Shown here: positions 31,459 through 40,441 of the stretch, piece after piece | Position numbering within the stretch: position 1 is the stretch's first letter | Layout: each line of letters starts with the position of its first letter | Virus record (IMG/VR): IMGVR_UViG_3300020154_000003 | Location: 62,001-126,000 of that record | Length of the DNA: 64,000 bases | Reading direction: 5' to 3' (one strand) | Notes under the pieces: model-generated | Seen by the model: the letters and a program-made list of their open reading frames with translations, nothing else | What the model was told of the DNA's origin: nothing | Database searches by the model: none | Made by a program: the position numbers and the translations under genes

Positions 31459-31484
31459 AAACCCGACCGAAAGTCGGGTTTTTT
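31459..31484 (+). terminator. attenuator terminator, tRNA operon 2
   Basis: AAACCCGAC-CGAAA-GTCGGGTTTTTT. Confidence 0.9.
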
Positions 31485-31511
31485 GTTTTTAGGAGTTCTT
31501 TGAAAATAAAA

Positions 31512-31705
31512 AGTAATCGATGCGTGGTGGAATTGGTATACACTGCCTTTGAAACGCGATAAAACACATGAGCAACCAGTAAGCTGTTGTCATGATGCGC
31601 TGAGTAGTTGGACTGTCCGATGAAATCTAATCGGGCTGCGGGGGATAAACCGTGGGTTGTTTTCAACATCCAATACAGGTTCGAGTCCTGTCGCTGAAGA
31701 TTGCT
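31512..31705 (+). ncRNA. large tRNA-like RNA
   Basis: Leu-type D arm GTGGAATTGGTATACAC, T arm ACAGG-TTCGAGT-CCTGT, closing AGTAATC/GATTGCT, ~130 nt insert. Confidence 0.55.
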
Positions 31706-31717
31706 AGTAATTAAAAT

Positions 31718-31794
31718 GGTGCATTGGTGAAGTTGGTTATCATGCTTGCCTGTCACGCAAGAGTTCACGGGTTCGAGTCCCGTATGCACCGCCA
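31718..31794 (+). tRNA. tRNA-Asp(GTC)
   Basis: CTTGC-CTGTCAC-GCAAG; encoded CCA. Confidence 0.95.
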
Positions 31795-31797
31795 CTT

Positions 31798-31869
31798 AGT
31801 CAGTGGGTACGTAGGTATGTATGTCCGGCTGTCACCCGGAAGAAGCGGGTTCAATTCCCGTACTGACTG
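31798..31869 (+). tRNA. tRNA-Asp(GTC)
   Basis: TCCGG-CTGTCAC-CCGGA. Confidence 0.85.
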
Positions 31870-31895
31870 CGAAGGATGGTTGCAAACATCAGGGT

Positions 31896-31967
31896 TGTAT
31901 GTTCGTCTAGGGGTCTAGGACACTCCCTTCATCGGGGGAAACATTGGTTCGAATCCAATACATACTC
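31896..31967 (+). tRNA. atypical tRNA (Glu-type D arm, irregular anticodon loop TTCATC[G])
   Basis: Acceptor GTATGT/ACATAC, T arm ATTGG-TTCGAAT-CCAAT. Confidence 0.55.
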
Positions 31968-31972
31968 AAATT

Positions 31973-32080
31973 GGTTGTGTAGTTTATGCGACTGTAAAAT
32001 CGGTCGGGCGTGTGATGCGCAGCATGTTTGGTTAGAATACTCTGGAATGAGAGAAGCAGGTTCGAATCCTGACACAACCG
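31973..32080 (+). ncRNA. tRNA-like RNA with D-loop insertion
   Basis: Acceptor GGTTGTG/CACAACC, T loop TTCGAAT, non-canonical anticodon loop. Confidence 0.55.
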
Positions 32081-32210
32081 CAAAAAAAGAAGAAATGAAA
32101 ATTGAATTTATCACAATTGGGAACGTGCAGTTTTGGAGAGTCACAACATATGACTATTCATATAGCAGCAAAGATTTAGGTAAAGCTATTTTCAAATGCA
32201 TTGGCAGAAT

Positions 32211-32294
32211 GCCCCAATGATGGAACTGGTAGTCATGCCACACTCAAAATGTGGTGCTCGTAAGGGCGTGTAGGTTCGAATCCTACTTGGGGTA
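32211..32294 (+). tRNA. tRNA-Leu(CAA)
   Basis: CCACA-CTCAAAA-TGTGG, long variable arm. Confidence 0.93.
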
Positions 32295-32304
32295 CAATAA
32301 ATAT

Positions 32305-32376
32305 GGGGCCATCGTATAATGGCTATTACTCCTGACTTGCACTCAGGGAATTAGGGTTCGAATCCCTATGGCTCCA
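32305..32376 (+). tRNA. tRNA-Ala(TGC)
   Basis: G3:U70; CCTGA-CTTGCAC-TCAGG. Confidence 0.93.
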
Positions 32377-32377
32377 C

Positions 32378-32590
32378 ATGTATAAGAAATATAGTAAAGA
32401 AGAGTTTGGAAAAATATTTAACAAAGTTGTTGAAGAAGCTTTTTCAGAAGATGAAGTAGGTGAAACTGGTGTGTTGATTAAAGCGGGTGATATGGTGGTA
32501 TATACTAGTAGAGAGTTTTACGAAGAATTTAAAACTGATTTAATAAGACAATCACTCAAACCAGATGGAACCACTACGGAAGGAAATTAA
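32378..32590 (+). CDS. hypothetical protein
   Basis: 70 aa ORF between tRNAs. Confidence 0.55.
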   Translation: MYKKYSKEEFGKIFNKVVEEAFSEDEVGETGVLIKAGDMVVYTSREFYEEFKTDLIRQSLKPDGTTTEGN

Positions 32591-32765
32591 TACTAGATTC
32601 AAATTTGCTAAAGAGCAAGGTGAAATCTTTTTTAAACAGATAAAGAATGTTGAACGTGGAGGTGGAAATGTAGTCTCTTGTCTCGCAGCAAGAAAATATA
32701 GACAGGCTGGAAGAATTTACGATCATTATCAAAAGGAGTTTACTAAATATATAAACCAGAAATGA
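32565..32765 (+). CDS. hypothetical protein
   Basis: 66 aa ORF. Confidence 0.5.
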   Translation: MEPLRKEINTRFKFAKEQGEIFFKQIKNVERGGGNVVSCLAARKYRQAGRIYDHYQKEFTKYINQK

Positions 32766-32799
32766 AAAAGAAGGCACGATTATGTCGCCACGATAGCAA

Positions 32800-32884
32800 G
32801 GCTTCGTGGTGGAACGGCAGACACGCTAGACTTAAAATCTAGTGCTCAGTAATGGGCGTATGGGTTCAAGTCCCATCGAGGCTA
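32800..32884 (+). tRNA. tRNA-Leu(TAA)
   Basis: CTAGA-CTTAAAA-TCTAG, long variable arm. Confidence 0.93.
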
Positions 32885-33038
32885 CAATTTAAATGTAGTA
32901 AAGTTATGAATGAAAAAAGATTAGAGCAATTAAGAGAAACGTGGGTTAAGAACGTAATGAAAGTTCAGAACATCACAAGAGCAGAGGCTGAAGTTTTATA
33001 TAGTAAAATTCAACCTCACAATTTAGCCAAGTAAAAAT

Positions 33039-33111
33039 GGCGCATAGGACGATAGGCTAAGTCACAACCCTTTCAAGGTTGAAAAACAGGGTTCGAGTCC
33101 CTGATGCGCTA
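33039..33111 (+). tRNA. tRNA-Glu(TTC)
   Basis: CAACC-CTTTCAA-GGTTG. Confidence 0.9.
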
Positions 33112-33113
33112 CG

Positions 33114-33311
33114 ATGGAACAAAAGAAATTTAAGTTAGTCTTTGATGTTGAAAAACTTGTCAAAGAAGGTAAGGCAACCATAATACCTGAGCATGAAGTT
33201 CAAAATTCTTTTAGGAGAATTAATGCTGAAATGAAAAAAGCACATCGTGATTTTAGACGTAAATCAAAGATGTCAGAACTGAGGGCCAGTAAGATTATAT
33301 TGAATTCTTAA
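33114..33311 (+). CDS. hypothetical protein
   Basis: 65 aa basic ORF. Confidence 0.5.
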   Translation: MEQKKFKLVFDVEKLVKEGKATIIPEHEVQNSFRRINAEMKKAHRDFRRKSKMSELRASKIILNS

Positions 33312-33316
33312 TTAAG

Positions 33317-33388
33317 GCTCCCATCGAATAACGGTTAGTTCGCGTCACTTTCAATGACGAAATAGGGGTTCGATTCCCCTTGGGAGTA
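33317..33388 (+). tRNA. tRNA-Glu(TTC)
   Basis: CGTCA-CTTTCAA-TGACG. Confidence 0.92.
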
Positions 33389-33446
33389 CAAAAAAAGTTC
33401 TTTGAAATTTTGAATATTGTAACTTGTTTATTAAGTTTACATAAAT

Positions 33447-33519
33447 GGCGATATAGTATAACGGCTTATTACGTCCCTCTCATAAGGGGAAAAAGATGGT
33501 TCGATTCCATCTATCGCTA
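33447..33519 (+). tRNA. tRNA-Met(CAT), elongator-type
   Basis: TCCCT-CTCATAA-GGGGA. Confidence 0.85.
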
Positions 33520-33522
33520 CTT

Positions 33523-33599
33523 ACGACAGAATAATCACAAGTGGTGCTTGTGGCTTCCGTGCTTTGGAAGTGATCATGGTTCGATTCCATCTGTCGTTA
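33523..33599 (+). tRNA. atypical tRNA-like element (loop GTGCTTT)
   Basis: ACGACAG/CTGTCGT acceptor, 6-bp D stem, T loop TTCGATT. Confidence 0.5.
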
Positions 33600-33605
33600 C
33601 AACAT

Positions 33606-33693
33606 CGCGGGATAGAGTAGTGGCCTAACTCGTCAGTCTCATAAGCTGAACCGTCTCATAAGGATGGCGTTGGTTCGAATCCAACTCCCGCTA
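33606..33693 (+). tRNA. tRNA-fMet-like(CAT) with extra CAT-bearing arm
   Basis: CGCGGG acceptor with C1 mismatch; GTCTCATAAG occurs twice. Confidence 0.8.
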
Positions 33694-33830
33694 CAAAATT
33701 TGTTAAACTTAAAGGTATGTATTATGGATGTCCAAAATGTGGTTCAACTCAAGTAAGTGTTCTAACAGAAAATTATTATATCTGTTTGGGTTGTAACAAT
33801 ACATGGACTGAAAATATAAAAAATAAACAT

Positions 33831-33903
33831 CGCGGGGTGGAGAAGTCGGTATCTCGTTTGGCTCATAACCAAAAGGTCGCAGGTTCAAGTCCTGCTCCCG
33901 CTA
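33831..33903 (+). tRNA. tRNA-fMet(CAT)
   Basis: CGCGGGG acceptor with C1 mismatch; TTTGG-CTCATAA-CCAAA. Confidence 0.9.
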
Positions 33904-33912
33904 CAAAGTAAA

Positions 33913-34305
33913 ATGAGGAATAAGGAAAAACAAAAGCAGTATGCTAGGAAACATTATTTAAAGAATAAGGATAAAGTAAAAAAAAGTGCTGCATTTTATA
34001 AAAAAATTTCTAAAAAAAGAAATAAAGATTTTGTTATTGATTATTTATTAAAGCATCCATGTATTGATTGTTCAGAATCAGATATTGTTGTATTGGATTT
34101 TGATCATGTAAAAGATGATAAAATAATGAATATCGCTGATGCGATAAATAATGGTTGGTCAATAGAAAAACTAAAGACAGAAATTGAAAAATGTGTTATT
34201 CGATGTGCAAATTGTCATAGAAGAATAACACATCTAAGAAGACATAGCAGCTTGCGCATAGCTGGTAAACTTGTTAGATCGGATCATGCCCGAATCGGAC
34301 TTTAA
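33913..34305 (+). CDS. HNH endonuclease
   Basis: CIDC...LDFDHV...CVIRCANCHRRIT. Confidence 0.85.
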   Translation: MRNKEKQKQYARKHYLKNKDKVKKSAAFYKKISKKRNKDFVIDYLLKHPCIDCSESDIVVLDFDHVKDDKIMNIADAINNGWSIEKLKTEIEKCVIRCANCHRRITHLRRHSSLRIAGKLVRSDHARIGL

Positions 34306-34357
34306 TCTGCGGAGCAATAGCTTACATTGGGGTCTGAATCAAGTATGCTGCAATTAT

Positions 34358-34430
34358 GCTTTCGTAGCTTAGTGGCAAAAGCACCATCTCGACAAGGTGG
34401 GAACCGTGAGTTCGAGTCTCACCGAAAGTA
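34358..34430 (+). tRNA. tRNA-Val(GAC)
   Basis: CCATC-TCGACAA-GGTGG (C33). Confidence 0.85.
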
Positions 34431-34431
34431 C

Positions 34432-34620
34432 ATGAATGTTAAAACAGTTGACGAAAAAATTATTGGCCTCACAATAGATGAGGCTAAAAAATTATGGGAT
34501 GATATTCGTGTTATAGAAATTGATGGAAATCAAACAGTAATAACAAGGAATTACGTTCTAATGAGAATGAATGTAAAAGTAAGAGACGGTAAAATTGTTG
34601 AGTTCGTCAACTTCGGATAA
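34432..34620 (+). CDS. peptidase inhibitor I78/potato-I-like small protein
   Basis: IGLT..EA...IRVI..DG..TVITRNY...RMNV.V.DGKI. Confidence 0.55.
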   Translation: MNVKTVDEKIIGLTIDEAKKLWDDIRVIEIDGNQTVITRNYVLMRMNVKVRDGKIVEFVNFG

Positions 34621-34621
34621 C

Positions 34622-34694
34622 ACTTTCGTAGCTTAGTGGCAAAAGCATCTGCATTACAAGCAGACAACCGGGGGTTCGAGTCCCTCCGAAAGTA
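34622..34694 (+). tRNA. tRNA-Val(TAC)
   Basis: TCTGC-ATTACAA-GCAGA. Confidence 0.88.
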
Positions 34695-34700
34695 CAACAT

Positions 34701-34774
34701 GCCCACGTAACTCAGTGGTTCAGAGAGGTCGCCTTACAAGCGATCAGTCGGGAGTTCGATTCTCTCCGTGGGTA
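34701..34774 (+). tRNA. tRNA-Val(TAC)
   Basis: GTCGC-CTTACAA-GCGAT. Confidence 0.9.
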
Positions 34775-34775
34775 C

Positions 34776-35126
34776 TTATTTTTTAAGATTCTTGAAAAAA
34801 GGTATGACATATTTTATCCAAGCGTATGGCTTACGCTCGAATAAATAAGTCAGGTTGCTTTCATTATCATAAGCTTCATGCTCAAACGGATTTTGACGAT
34901 AAGCTTTGTAATGATCCTTGGTAGCCAATCTCTTAATTAAATAGAAGATACCATAAAGAATCCAATGAAATATAAAACCCATTTCAACTTGTTGGTGGAA
35001 ATGAACTAACTCATGATTGATAAGAACGTGATCATTCAATTTTGATTTATCTTTTAAGAAGATAAAAATGAAAATTGACATACCGTTAAAGTTTTTTAGG
35101 AGTTTAGGTGCTACAATTTTGAACAT
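34776..35126 (-). CDS. HExxH metallopeptidase-like membrane protein
   Basis: NHELVH..Q, NPFEHEAY. Confidence 0.7.
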   Translation of the reverse strand: MFKIVAPKLLKNFNGMSIFIFIFLKDKSKLNDHVLINHELVHFHQQVEMGFIFHWILYGIFYLIKRLATKDHYKAYRQNPFEHEAYDNESNLTYLFERKPYAWIKYVIPFFKNLKK

Positions 35127-35156
35127 AAGAAGGTTTATTAATAAATACTGAAAAAA

Positions 35157-35762
35157 GTGAAAATAGAATTAAAAAATAAGAGTTGGTTTTCTAGTGATTT
35201 TCACTTAGGTCACACAAATATTGCAGGGAAAAAAGTATCGAAATGGAATGGCGGCTATAGGGATTTCGATAGTGTTAGCCAGATGGATGAAACGATTATA
35301 AATACAATCAATCGCTATGTTGGAGTAGAGGACACGTTGTTTTTTTTAGGTGATTTTACATTCGCAAGAAAAGAAGCAGTGGCTAATTATCGTGATAGAA
35401 TTTATTGTCAAACAATTCATTTTGTAAAAGGTAATCATGATCCGCACGTTGACATGTATGCGGAAAAGTTTACTTCAGTAGGGACTGAACTTTTATTCGA
35501 ATACGAACCAAACAAACGATTGTACCTCCATCATTTCTCACACAGAGTATGGCACAGTTCGCACAGAGGTACAATTCATTTGTATGGCCATTCACATGGG
35601 ACAATTCCTGATCATGGTAAATCTATGGATGTTGGGGTTGATGTAGCCTACAGAATGTTCGGAGAATATAGACCATTCTCACTTGAAGAAATAATTGATA
35701 TAATGGCAAAAAAGGAGATACCAAATCTTGATCATCACAGAGCCAAGTTGGTAAGAGGATAA
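35157..35762 (+). CDS. calcineurin-like metallophosphoesterase
   Basis: SDFHLGH, LGDF, GNHD, GHSH. Confidence 0.9.
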   Translation: MKIELKNKSWFSSDFHLGHTNIAGKKVSKWNGGYRDFDSVSQMDETIINTINRYVGVEDTLFFLGDFTFARKEAVANYRDRIYCQTIHFVKGNHDPHVDMYAEKFTSVGTELLFEYEPNKRLYLHHFSHRVWHSSHRGTIHLYGHSHGTIPDHGKSMDVGVDVAYRMFGEYRPFSLEEIIDIMAKKEIPNLDHHRAKLVRG

Positions 35763-36475
35763 TGAAAGTAGTAGTAATTGGAGATATTCATGGTAGAGAC
35801 AATTGGAAAGCAATTATTCCTAAAGTAGACGAATACGATAAAATTGTCTTCGTGGGGGACTATACTGACAGTTATGAATTGCCAAATCCAGTAATTCTTC
35901 AAAACCTACAGGAGATCATTAAATTCAGAAGAGAATTTCCTGATAAAGTCGTGACATTGGTGGGGAACCATGATATTGCTTATATGTGGTATGGTGAAAC
36001 ATTATTCTTAAATAACGGTTTTAGACCTGAAGCAGCACACGATTTATCTACAATTTTTAGAGCACATCACGATATTTTTGATGTTGCATGGCAAAGCGGT
36101 AAAACTATCATCACCCATGCTGGTATTACAAATGGATGGATGAGATACAATGCTGAAACGATTCAACATGCTCGTGAAAGATATAAAACTGAAACGATTG
36201 CAGATACATTTAATATGATGTTACGTAATTATACGTATAATCGGTGTTTACATCAACTCAGTGGTAAAAGAGGTGGCCCGTATAACTACGGAGGAATTAC
36301 TTGGGCAGATAAACAAGAAACCGAAAAAGACGGTTTGAAAGGATACATACAGGTAGTAGGACACACACCTGTTGAAGACATCACAACAGTGAAGTTGGAA
36401 GATTATGATTTCCAAATTACGTATTGTGATGTATTATGGAAAAAGACATCATTTTATGAATTTATTATTGACTAA
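35762..36475 (+). CDS. calcineurin-like metallophosphoesterase
   Basis: GDIHG, GDYTD, GNHD, HAG, GHTP. Confidence 0.9.
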   Translation: MKVVVIGDIHGRDNWKAIIPKVDEYDKIVFVGDYTDSYELPNPVILQNLQEIIKFRREFPDKVVTLVGNHDIAYMWYGETLFLNNGFRPEAAHDLSTIFRAHHDIFDVAWQSGKTIITHAGITNGWMRYNAETIQHARERYKTETIADTFNMMLRNYTYNRCLHQLSGKRGGPYNYGGITWADKQETEKDGLKGYIQVVGHTPVEDITTVKLEDYDFQITYCDVLWKKTSFYEFIID

Positions 36476-36684
36476 TGGGAGAAATTGAATTAAATATATC
36501 AGTAAACAGAAGAACGAAAGAACTAATTGGATATTGGTCGCCTGACGGTGATCCGATAGGAATTATTGTTAAGGCATATGCTGTTGATGATCTCGAAAGA
36601 AAATTCGAGGAAGCAAAAAAACAATACATAAACTTGCATGGTGGTAGCCATGAGGTGTATGTGCAATTAAAAAAAGAGGACTAA
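36475..36684 (+). CDS. small protein, weak HicB-like pattern
   Basis: GIIVKAYAVDDLERKFEEA. Confidence 0.4.
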   Translation: MGEIELNISVNRRTKELIGYWSPDGDPIGIIVKAYAVDDLERKFEEAKKQYINLHGGSHEVYVQLKKED

Positions 36685-36699
36685 TAATCCTCTTTTTTC

Positions 36700-37449
36700 T
36701 TATGCTTTCTGACAATCTACATGCAAGCAGTTGTTTTCCCTTTCTGCAAGATACCCTCTCAATCCGGGGATTTTTTTATCTTTCATGGCCTTTAGAATAA
36801 TTGCAAGTTCGTCATTAATACCATTACCTCCACCGCCAATGTCAAGTGCTAAACCCGGAGCATGTGGTGATGAACCAATAACTTTACCTTTTCTATTCAC
36901 CGTACCACGGATGTAGTTCATCAATACTGTTGCAGGTAGTGGTGGATTAATAATTACATTTATGTTGAGTAGATTACTCCAAGCCATTTGCCAAACATAG
37001 TCACCGTTCGGTAACTTATCGTTCACATCACAACTCATCGCTTCAGGATATTTCTTATCCAAACCTTTTCTAACTAGATAACCTTTAATGATGCGAAGTT
37101 GATCTTTCGAATCTCTCAGACCAGATGTTACGTATGCTTTGTGATTTGCTTCTTCAAAATACTTATCTAAAGCCACGATTACTGGCTCAATAACAGGTGT
37201 TAAAACAACACTATCTTGTACGATCAGCCATTTGTTGTCTTCAGCAGATGGAACCCCTAAAGCATTCCATGATATTTTACCTACAACACCATCAGCCAAA
37301 AGACCTTTTTTCTGTTGAAATTCTTTTACTTTGGCTTCAGTACCGTTACCGAAATCACCATCAGCTATACAAGTAAACCCATGTTTTGTTAGCAGTTCTT
37401 GCAATTGAACGACTAAAACGCCATCATCACCCTTTTTTAATACAGTCAT
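36700..37449 (-). CDS. endolysin candidate: peptidoglycan-binding domain + M15-like peptidase
   Basis: LKKGD.G..V..LQ..L...DGDFG..TE..VK.FQ...GL.ADGVVG; SPH..GLALDI; HVD. Confidence 0.8.
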   Translation of the reverse strand: MTVLKKGDDGVLVVQLQELLTKHGFTCIADGDFGNGTEAKVKEFQQKKGLLADGVVGKISWNALGVPSAEDNKWLIVQDSVVLTPVIEPVIVALDKYFEEANHKAYVTSGLRDSKDQLRIIKGYLVRKGLDKKYPEAMSCDVNDKLPNGDYVWQMAWSNLLNINVIINPPLPATVLMNYIRGTVNRKGKVIGSSPHAPGLALDIGGGGNGINDELAIILKAMKDKKIPGLRGYLAERENNCLHVDCQKA

Positions 37450-37480
37450 ATTATTTATAATTTCTTATAAATAGTTGACT

Positions 37481-39244
37481 TTAGATTTTTACGACACCGT
37501 GTTTATATTTACCTTTAGATGTAACAAAAATCATTTCGTTGTTCATCACATACTGCTCAACAATAATTTCCTTTTCTGGTTCAGGTTCGTTTGGTATCGG
37601 TTCAGGTTCTGGCTCAGTTGTAGTAACAATACCCTTCACACCGAATCCTTTTGCCTTCCAGTAACAATCATCAGCTAAACGAAGATCATCAGGAGGGAAA
37701 AATGATTGAACAGTATTCGGATTATGTCCAGCTTTATCATTTCTGATACCATTTTCATCCCATGTCAATGTTAAAAATTGCTCACTTTCTTTTGGTCTAA
37801 TAACAGTTGCACCAGTTTTTGTTACGTGATCTTGGATACATTTACAAAAAACATATGTACCATCTTCTCTTGAATCAATCGCGATGTCATCGTATTTCCA
37901 GATTGTTGGAGTGTTATCAGGGCCATCAAAATACTTTCCATATGTTTGATGCCATACCTTAATTTTACTTACAGGAGTTTCACCGAAACCACTGTTAATA
38001 TATTTTGGTGCTGGTAAAGCTTTGTCGAGAATGACTTCACCAATTTCAGTTGCTAAGAAGTCTCTAGTATCTTCAAATACTCTTTCTTTAGAACCGTCAT
38101 GTATAATTCTTTCGTAATGTACGGGGTCAGTACCGTGTCTGTTGGAGATGATATAAGGAATTTTCTTTTCGCCAGTACCATCAGCATATGAATTATTGAA
38201 GCCACGGAAGTAAACGTTTTTGTATTTCCACGTAATACCCATCTTGGCACTGTTGTGAAGGTATTGACCTTGATTCCTTCCATCATTAAGGAGAACATTT
38301 TCAACTAATGAAACACCGTTAGGTGCATTTGTAGGGTCTTCACCCGAACCGTATACTGCCAATCCTTGAGATGCAAAACCGTCAAGAATAACGTTACTTA
38401 ATTTGTTAACACCTGACGACACAACCCACTGCATACCAGTATCTTGATAAGGCTGGAAGGCATGTAAATAATCCATATCTGATCCGTAGATAACAATGTC
38501 AGCTACATCTGCACCACCGATCATATGTTGTAACTGAAGCGATTCAGCAGCAGTTCTAGCCACAATACCATTCTTAATTTTGAGATTTCTCAATTTAGCT
38601 TTGGCTCCTGATTGTGTTGAGCCGATGTAGAATCCTTCGCCACCGCCAGTGTCATGTATATAGAAATTACTAATGTCGATGCTTTCGACAAATATATCGA
38701 CCGCACTGCTGTATAATCTAACTCCTGAGAAACCGAATTGAATTTCGAATCCGTCAAGTTTAATTGATCCACCATTTAAAGTTGAAAGTTCAATACCATG
38801 ACCACCAGTCATGTTTAGATTTTTAACGTGTATACCGAAGTTTCCTGTAAGGAATTTTCTTGAGTAAGGCCATTCGAGAAGACCTTTATATTTTTCACAC
38901 ACACCAGAAATGTGTAGGTTCACTAAGCCATGTGATGTTATTGCTCCACATACAACTTTTGTATTTGGAATATTTTTTATTGATGCTGACTTAATCAGCC
39001 ATCCTGTTTGTCCGTTTGAAGTATTCCTAAATTGATATTTATTAACGAAACCTAACTTCTCGCCATCAAGCCAGATCACTGCACCTTCCCTTAAAGTCGG
39101 CCATTCTTTAACCATGAAGTAGTAGCTTACTTCTTTTGAACCATCTTCAAATGTTCTGGTTGGTGAATCGATAATTAAATCTCCGGGTGTGATATAATTT
39201 CCGTATAAGGAAATGTCTTCTGCTTTTGCAATTCTATTTGCCAT
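37481..39244 (-). CDS. right-handed beta-helix protein (depolymerase-like)
   Basis: NFYIHDTGGGEGFYIGS and repeated beta-helix rungs; PEPE linker. Confidence 0.6.
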   Translation of the reverse strand: MANRIAKAEDISLYGNYITPGDLIIDSPTRTFEDGSKEVSYYFMVKEWPTLREGAVIWLDGEKLGFVNKYQFRNTSNGQTGWLIKSASIKNIPNTKVVCGAITSHGLVNLHISGVCEKYKGLLEWPYSRKFLTGNFGIHVKNLNMTGGHGIELSTLNGGSIKLDGFEIQFGFSGVRLYSSAVDIFVESIDISNFYIHDTGGGEGFYIGSTQSGAKAKLRNLKIKNGIVARTAAESLQLQHMIGGADVADIVIYGSDMDYLHAFQPYQDTGMQWVVSSGVNKLSNVILDGFASQGLAVYGSGEDPTNAPNGVSLVENVLLNDGRNQGQYLHNSAKMGITWKYKNVYFRGFNNSYADGTGEKKIPYIISNRHGTDPVHYERIIHDGSKERVFEDTRDFLATEIGEVILDKALPAPKYINSGFGETPVSKIKVWHQTYGKYFDGPDNTPTIWKYDDIAIDSREDGTYVFCKCIQDHVTKTGATVIRPKESEQFLTLTWDENGIRNDKAGHNPNTVQSFFPPDDLRLADDCYWKAKGFGVKGIVTTTEPEPEPIPNEPEPEKEIIVEQYVMNNEMIFVTSKGKYKHGVVKI

Positions 39245-39368
39245 AATTCTTTCGCCTCCACCGTTAAATAGTTTGGGATTTCCAAACGAAGCGGCTGTAT
39301 CGGCAGAATGTCGATAAAATAGTTTAAGTCGAAAAAAACATTTTCTTGACTTTTACGTAAAAGACTGT

Positions 39369-39779
39369 ATGGAACAAATATTCTTAGTTTTAGGGTTACT
39401 GTCTCCGGGAGATTTTAAGCCTTGCCAATGTGTTGTAAATCAGAACATGCAGGTAGTGGGCGAAACTGAAATCCTAGTCAAAGGTACTGGTGATGAGAAG
39501 TGTATGGTCGATTTGACGAATCTCATAATTGAGATCACCCCGGAAGACGATAATTACTTAAATAAGAAATATGAAGTTACCTTGGTTTCCTCCAAAAGGG
39601 GTGAAATTGAGGGTTATGTGCTTTCTGGTTTCACCAGTAGCATGAGGGGTTGGAAAACCCAAAATCTTATTATTCAACAGCGATTTGTGGCCAAAAAGAA
39701 TGAGAAAATCTGGTTTAAAGTCAAAACAGTGACCGAATCAGAGCCAAATTTCCTCTTTTCGATGAGCAAAATGTATTAA
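39369..39779 (+). CDS. hypothetical protein
   Basis: 136 aa; promoter 39337-39359. Confidence 0.6.
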   Translation: MEQIFLVLGLLSPGDFKPCQCVVNQNMQVVGETEILVKGTGDEKCMVDLTNLIIEITPEDDNYLNKKYEVTLVSSKRGEIEGYVLSGFTSSMRGWKTQNLIIQQRFVAKKNEKIWFKVKTVTESEPNFLFSMSKMY

Positions 39780-39804
39780 GCGATATTATTTACATCAATT
39801 TTGA

Positions 39805-39843
39805 AACTTTTTTTTGGAAATTACGTATTTATCTTTACCTTTG
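39805..39843 (+). promoter_or_regulatory. composite promoter of tRNA operon 3
   Basis: AAC-N16-CGTA, GTATTTAT, TACCTTTG. Confidence 0.75.
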
Positions 39844-39879
39844 TGCAACAATTGCGAAGGCAAAAAAGAAAAAGAAATC

Positions 39880-39948
39880 ATGAGAACTTCAAAGACATAT
39901 AAAACTTATAAGTATCAGCCACAAGCTGAGTCGAGTTTTATTGTCTAA
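39880..39948 (+). CDS. leader peptide 3 (Lys/Tyr sensor) MRTSKTYKTYKYQPQAESSFIV
   Basis: 22 aa ORF; AAG ACA TAT AAA ACT TAT AAG TAT run. Confidence 0.85.
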   Translation: MRTSKTYKTYKYQPQAESSFIV

Positions 39949-39971
39949 AAATATCTTGCAAGGAAGACACC

Positions 39972-40004
39972 AAAAACCCGATTCAGAAATGAGTCGGGTT
40001 TTTT
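39972..40004 (+). terminator. attenuator terminator, tRNA operon 3
   Basis: AAAAACCCGATTCA-GAAA-TGAGTCGGGTTTTTT. Confidence 0.92.
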
Positions 40005-40019
40005 GTTTTATAGAGATTT

Positions 40020-40277
40020 ATGCTAGACCTGAAAAAAATAAGTGGCGAGTTTGATGCTCTCTTGAAAACCAAGACCAAAGAGGATTTGGAGAAATGGTTG
40101 CGCATGGATAAAAAGCGAATGAAAAAAGAACGAATACCGAGGAAGGATAAAAAATCCTTGAAAAAAGAAGGTGAGCGTTTCAAAAAGGAATTGAAAAACA
40201 GTCCACTGCTAAAAGGTACTGGACGATCATTTAAAACGGCAGAAGAATTTAAAAGTTATGTCAACAAAAAAGGATAA
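40020..40277 (+). CDS. Lys-rich hypothetical protein
   Basis: 85 aa, very Lys-rich. Confidence 0.55.
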   Translation: MLDLKKISGEFDALLKTKTKEDLEKWLRMDKKRMKKERIPRKDKKSLKKEGERFKKELKNSPLLKGTGRSFKTAEEFKSYVNKKG

Positions 40278-40441
40278 ATGTGAGATTGGAATTTGCGTGT
40301 TGTCGATCATTCGTTCAACTACGAGTGCGACTACACCATGCGATCACACATGCCAATACTACGATAAAATGAAAAAGATGAAACGAAAACAATAAAACTA
40401 CACTACCAGTGAGTCATGTCACGGGTGTGTAGTTAAAAAAC

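Noticed and set aside
31454-32220. ORF-track ORFs overlapping tRNAs (e.g. 31454-31795, 31724-31918, 33380-33628, 41367-41615, 54385-54646, 61422-61619)
   Set aside because: Translations of tRNA sequence or its antisense
34245-34353. Possible structured RNA overlapping the HNH 3' end
   Set aside because: Only a short GCAGC/GCTGC pairing; too weak to call
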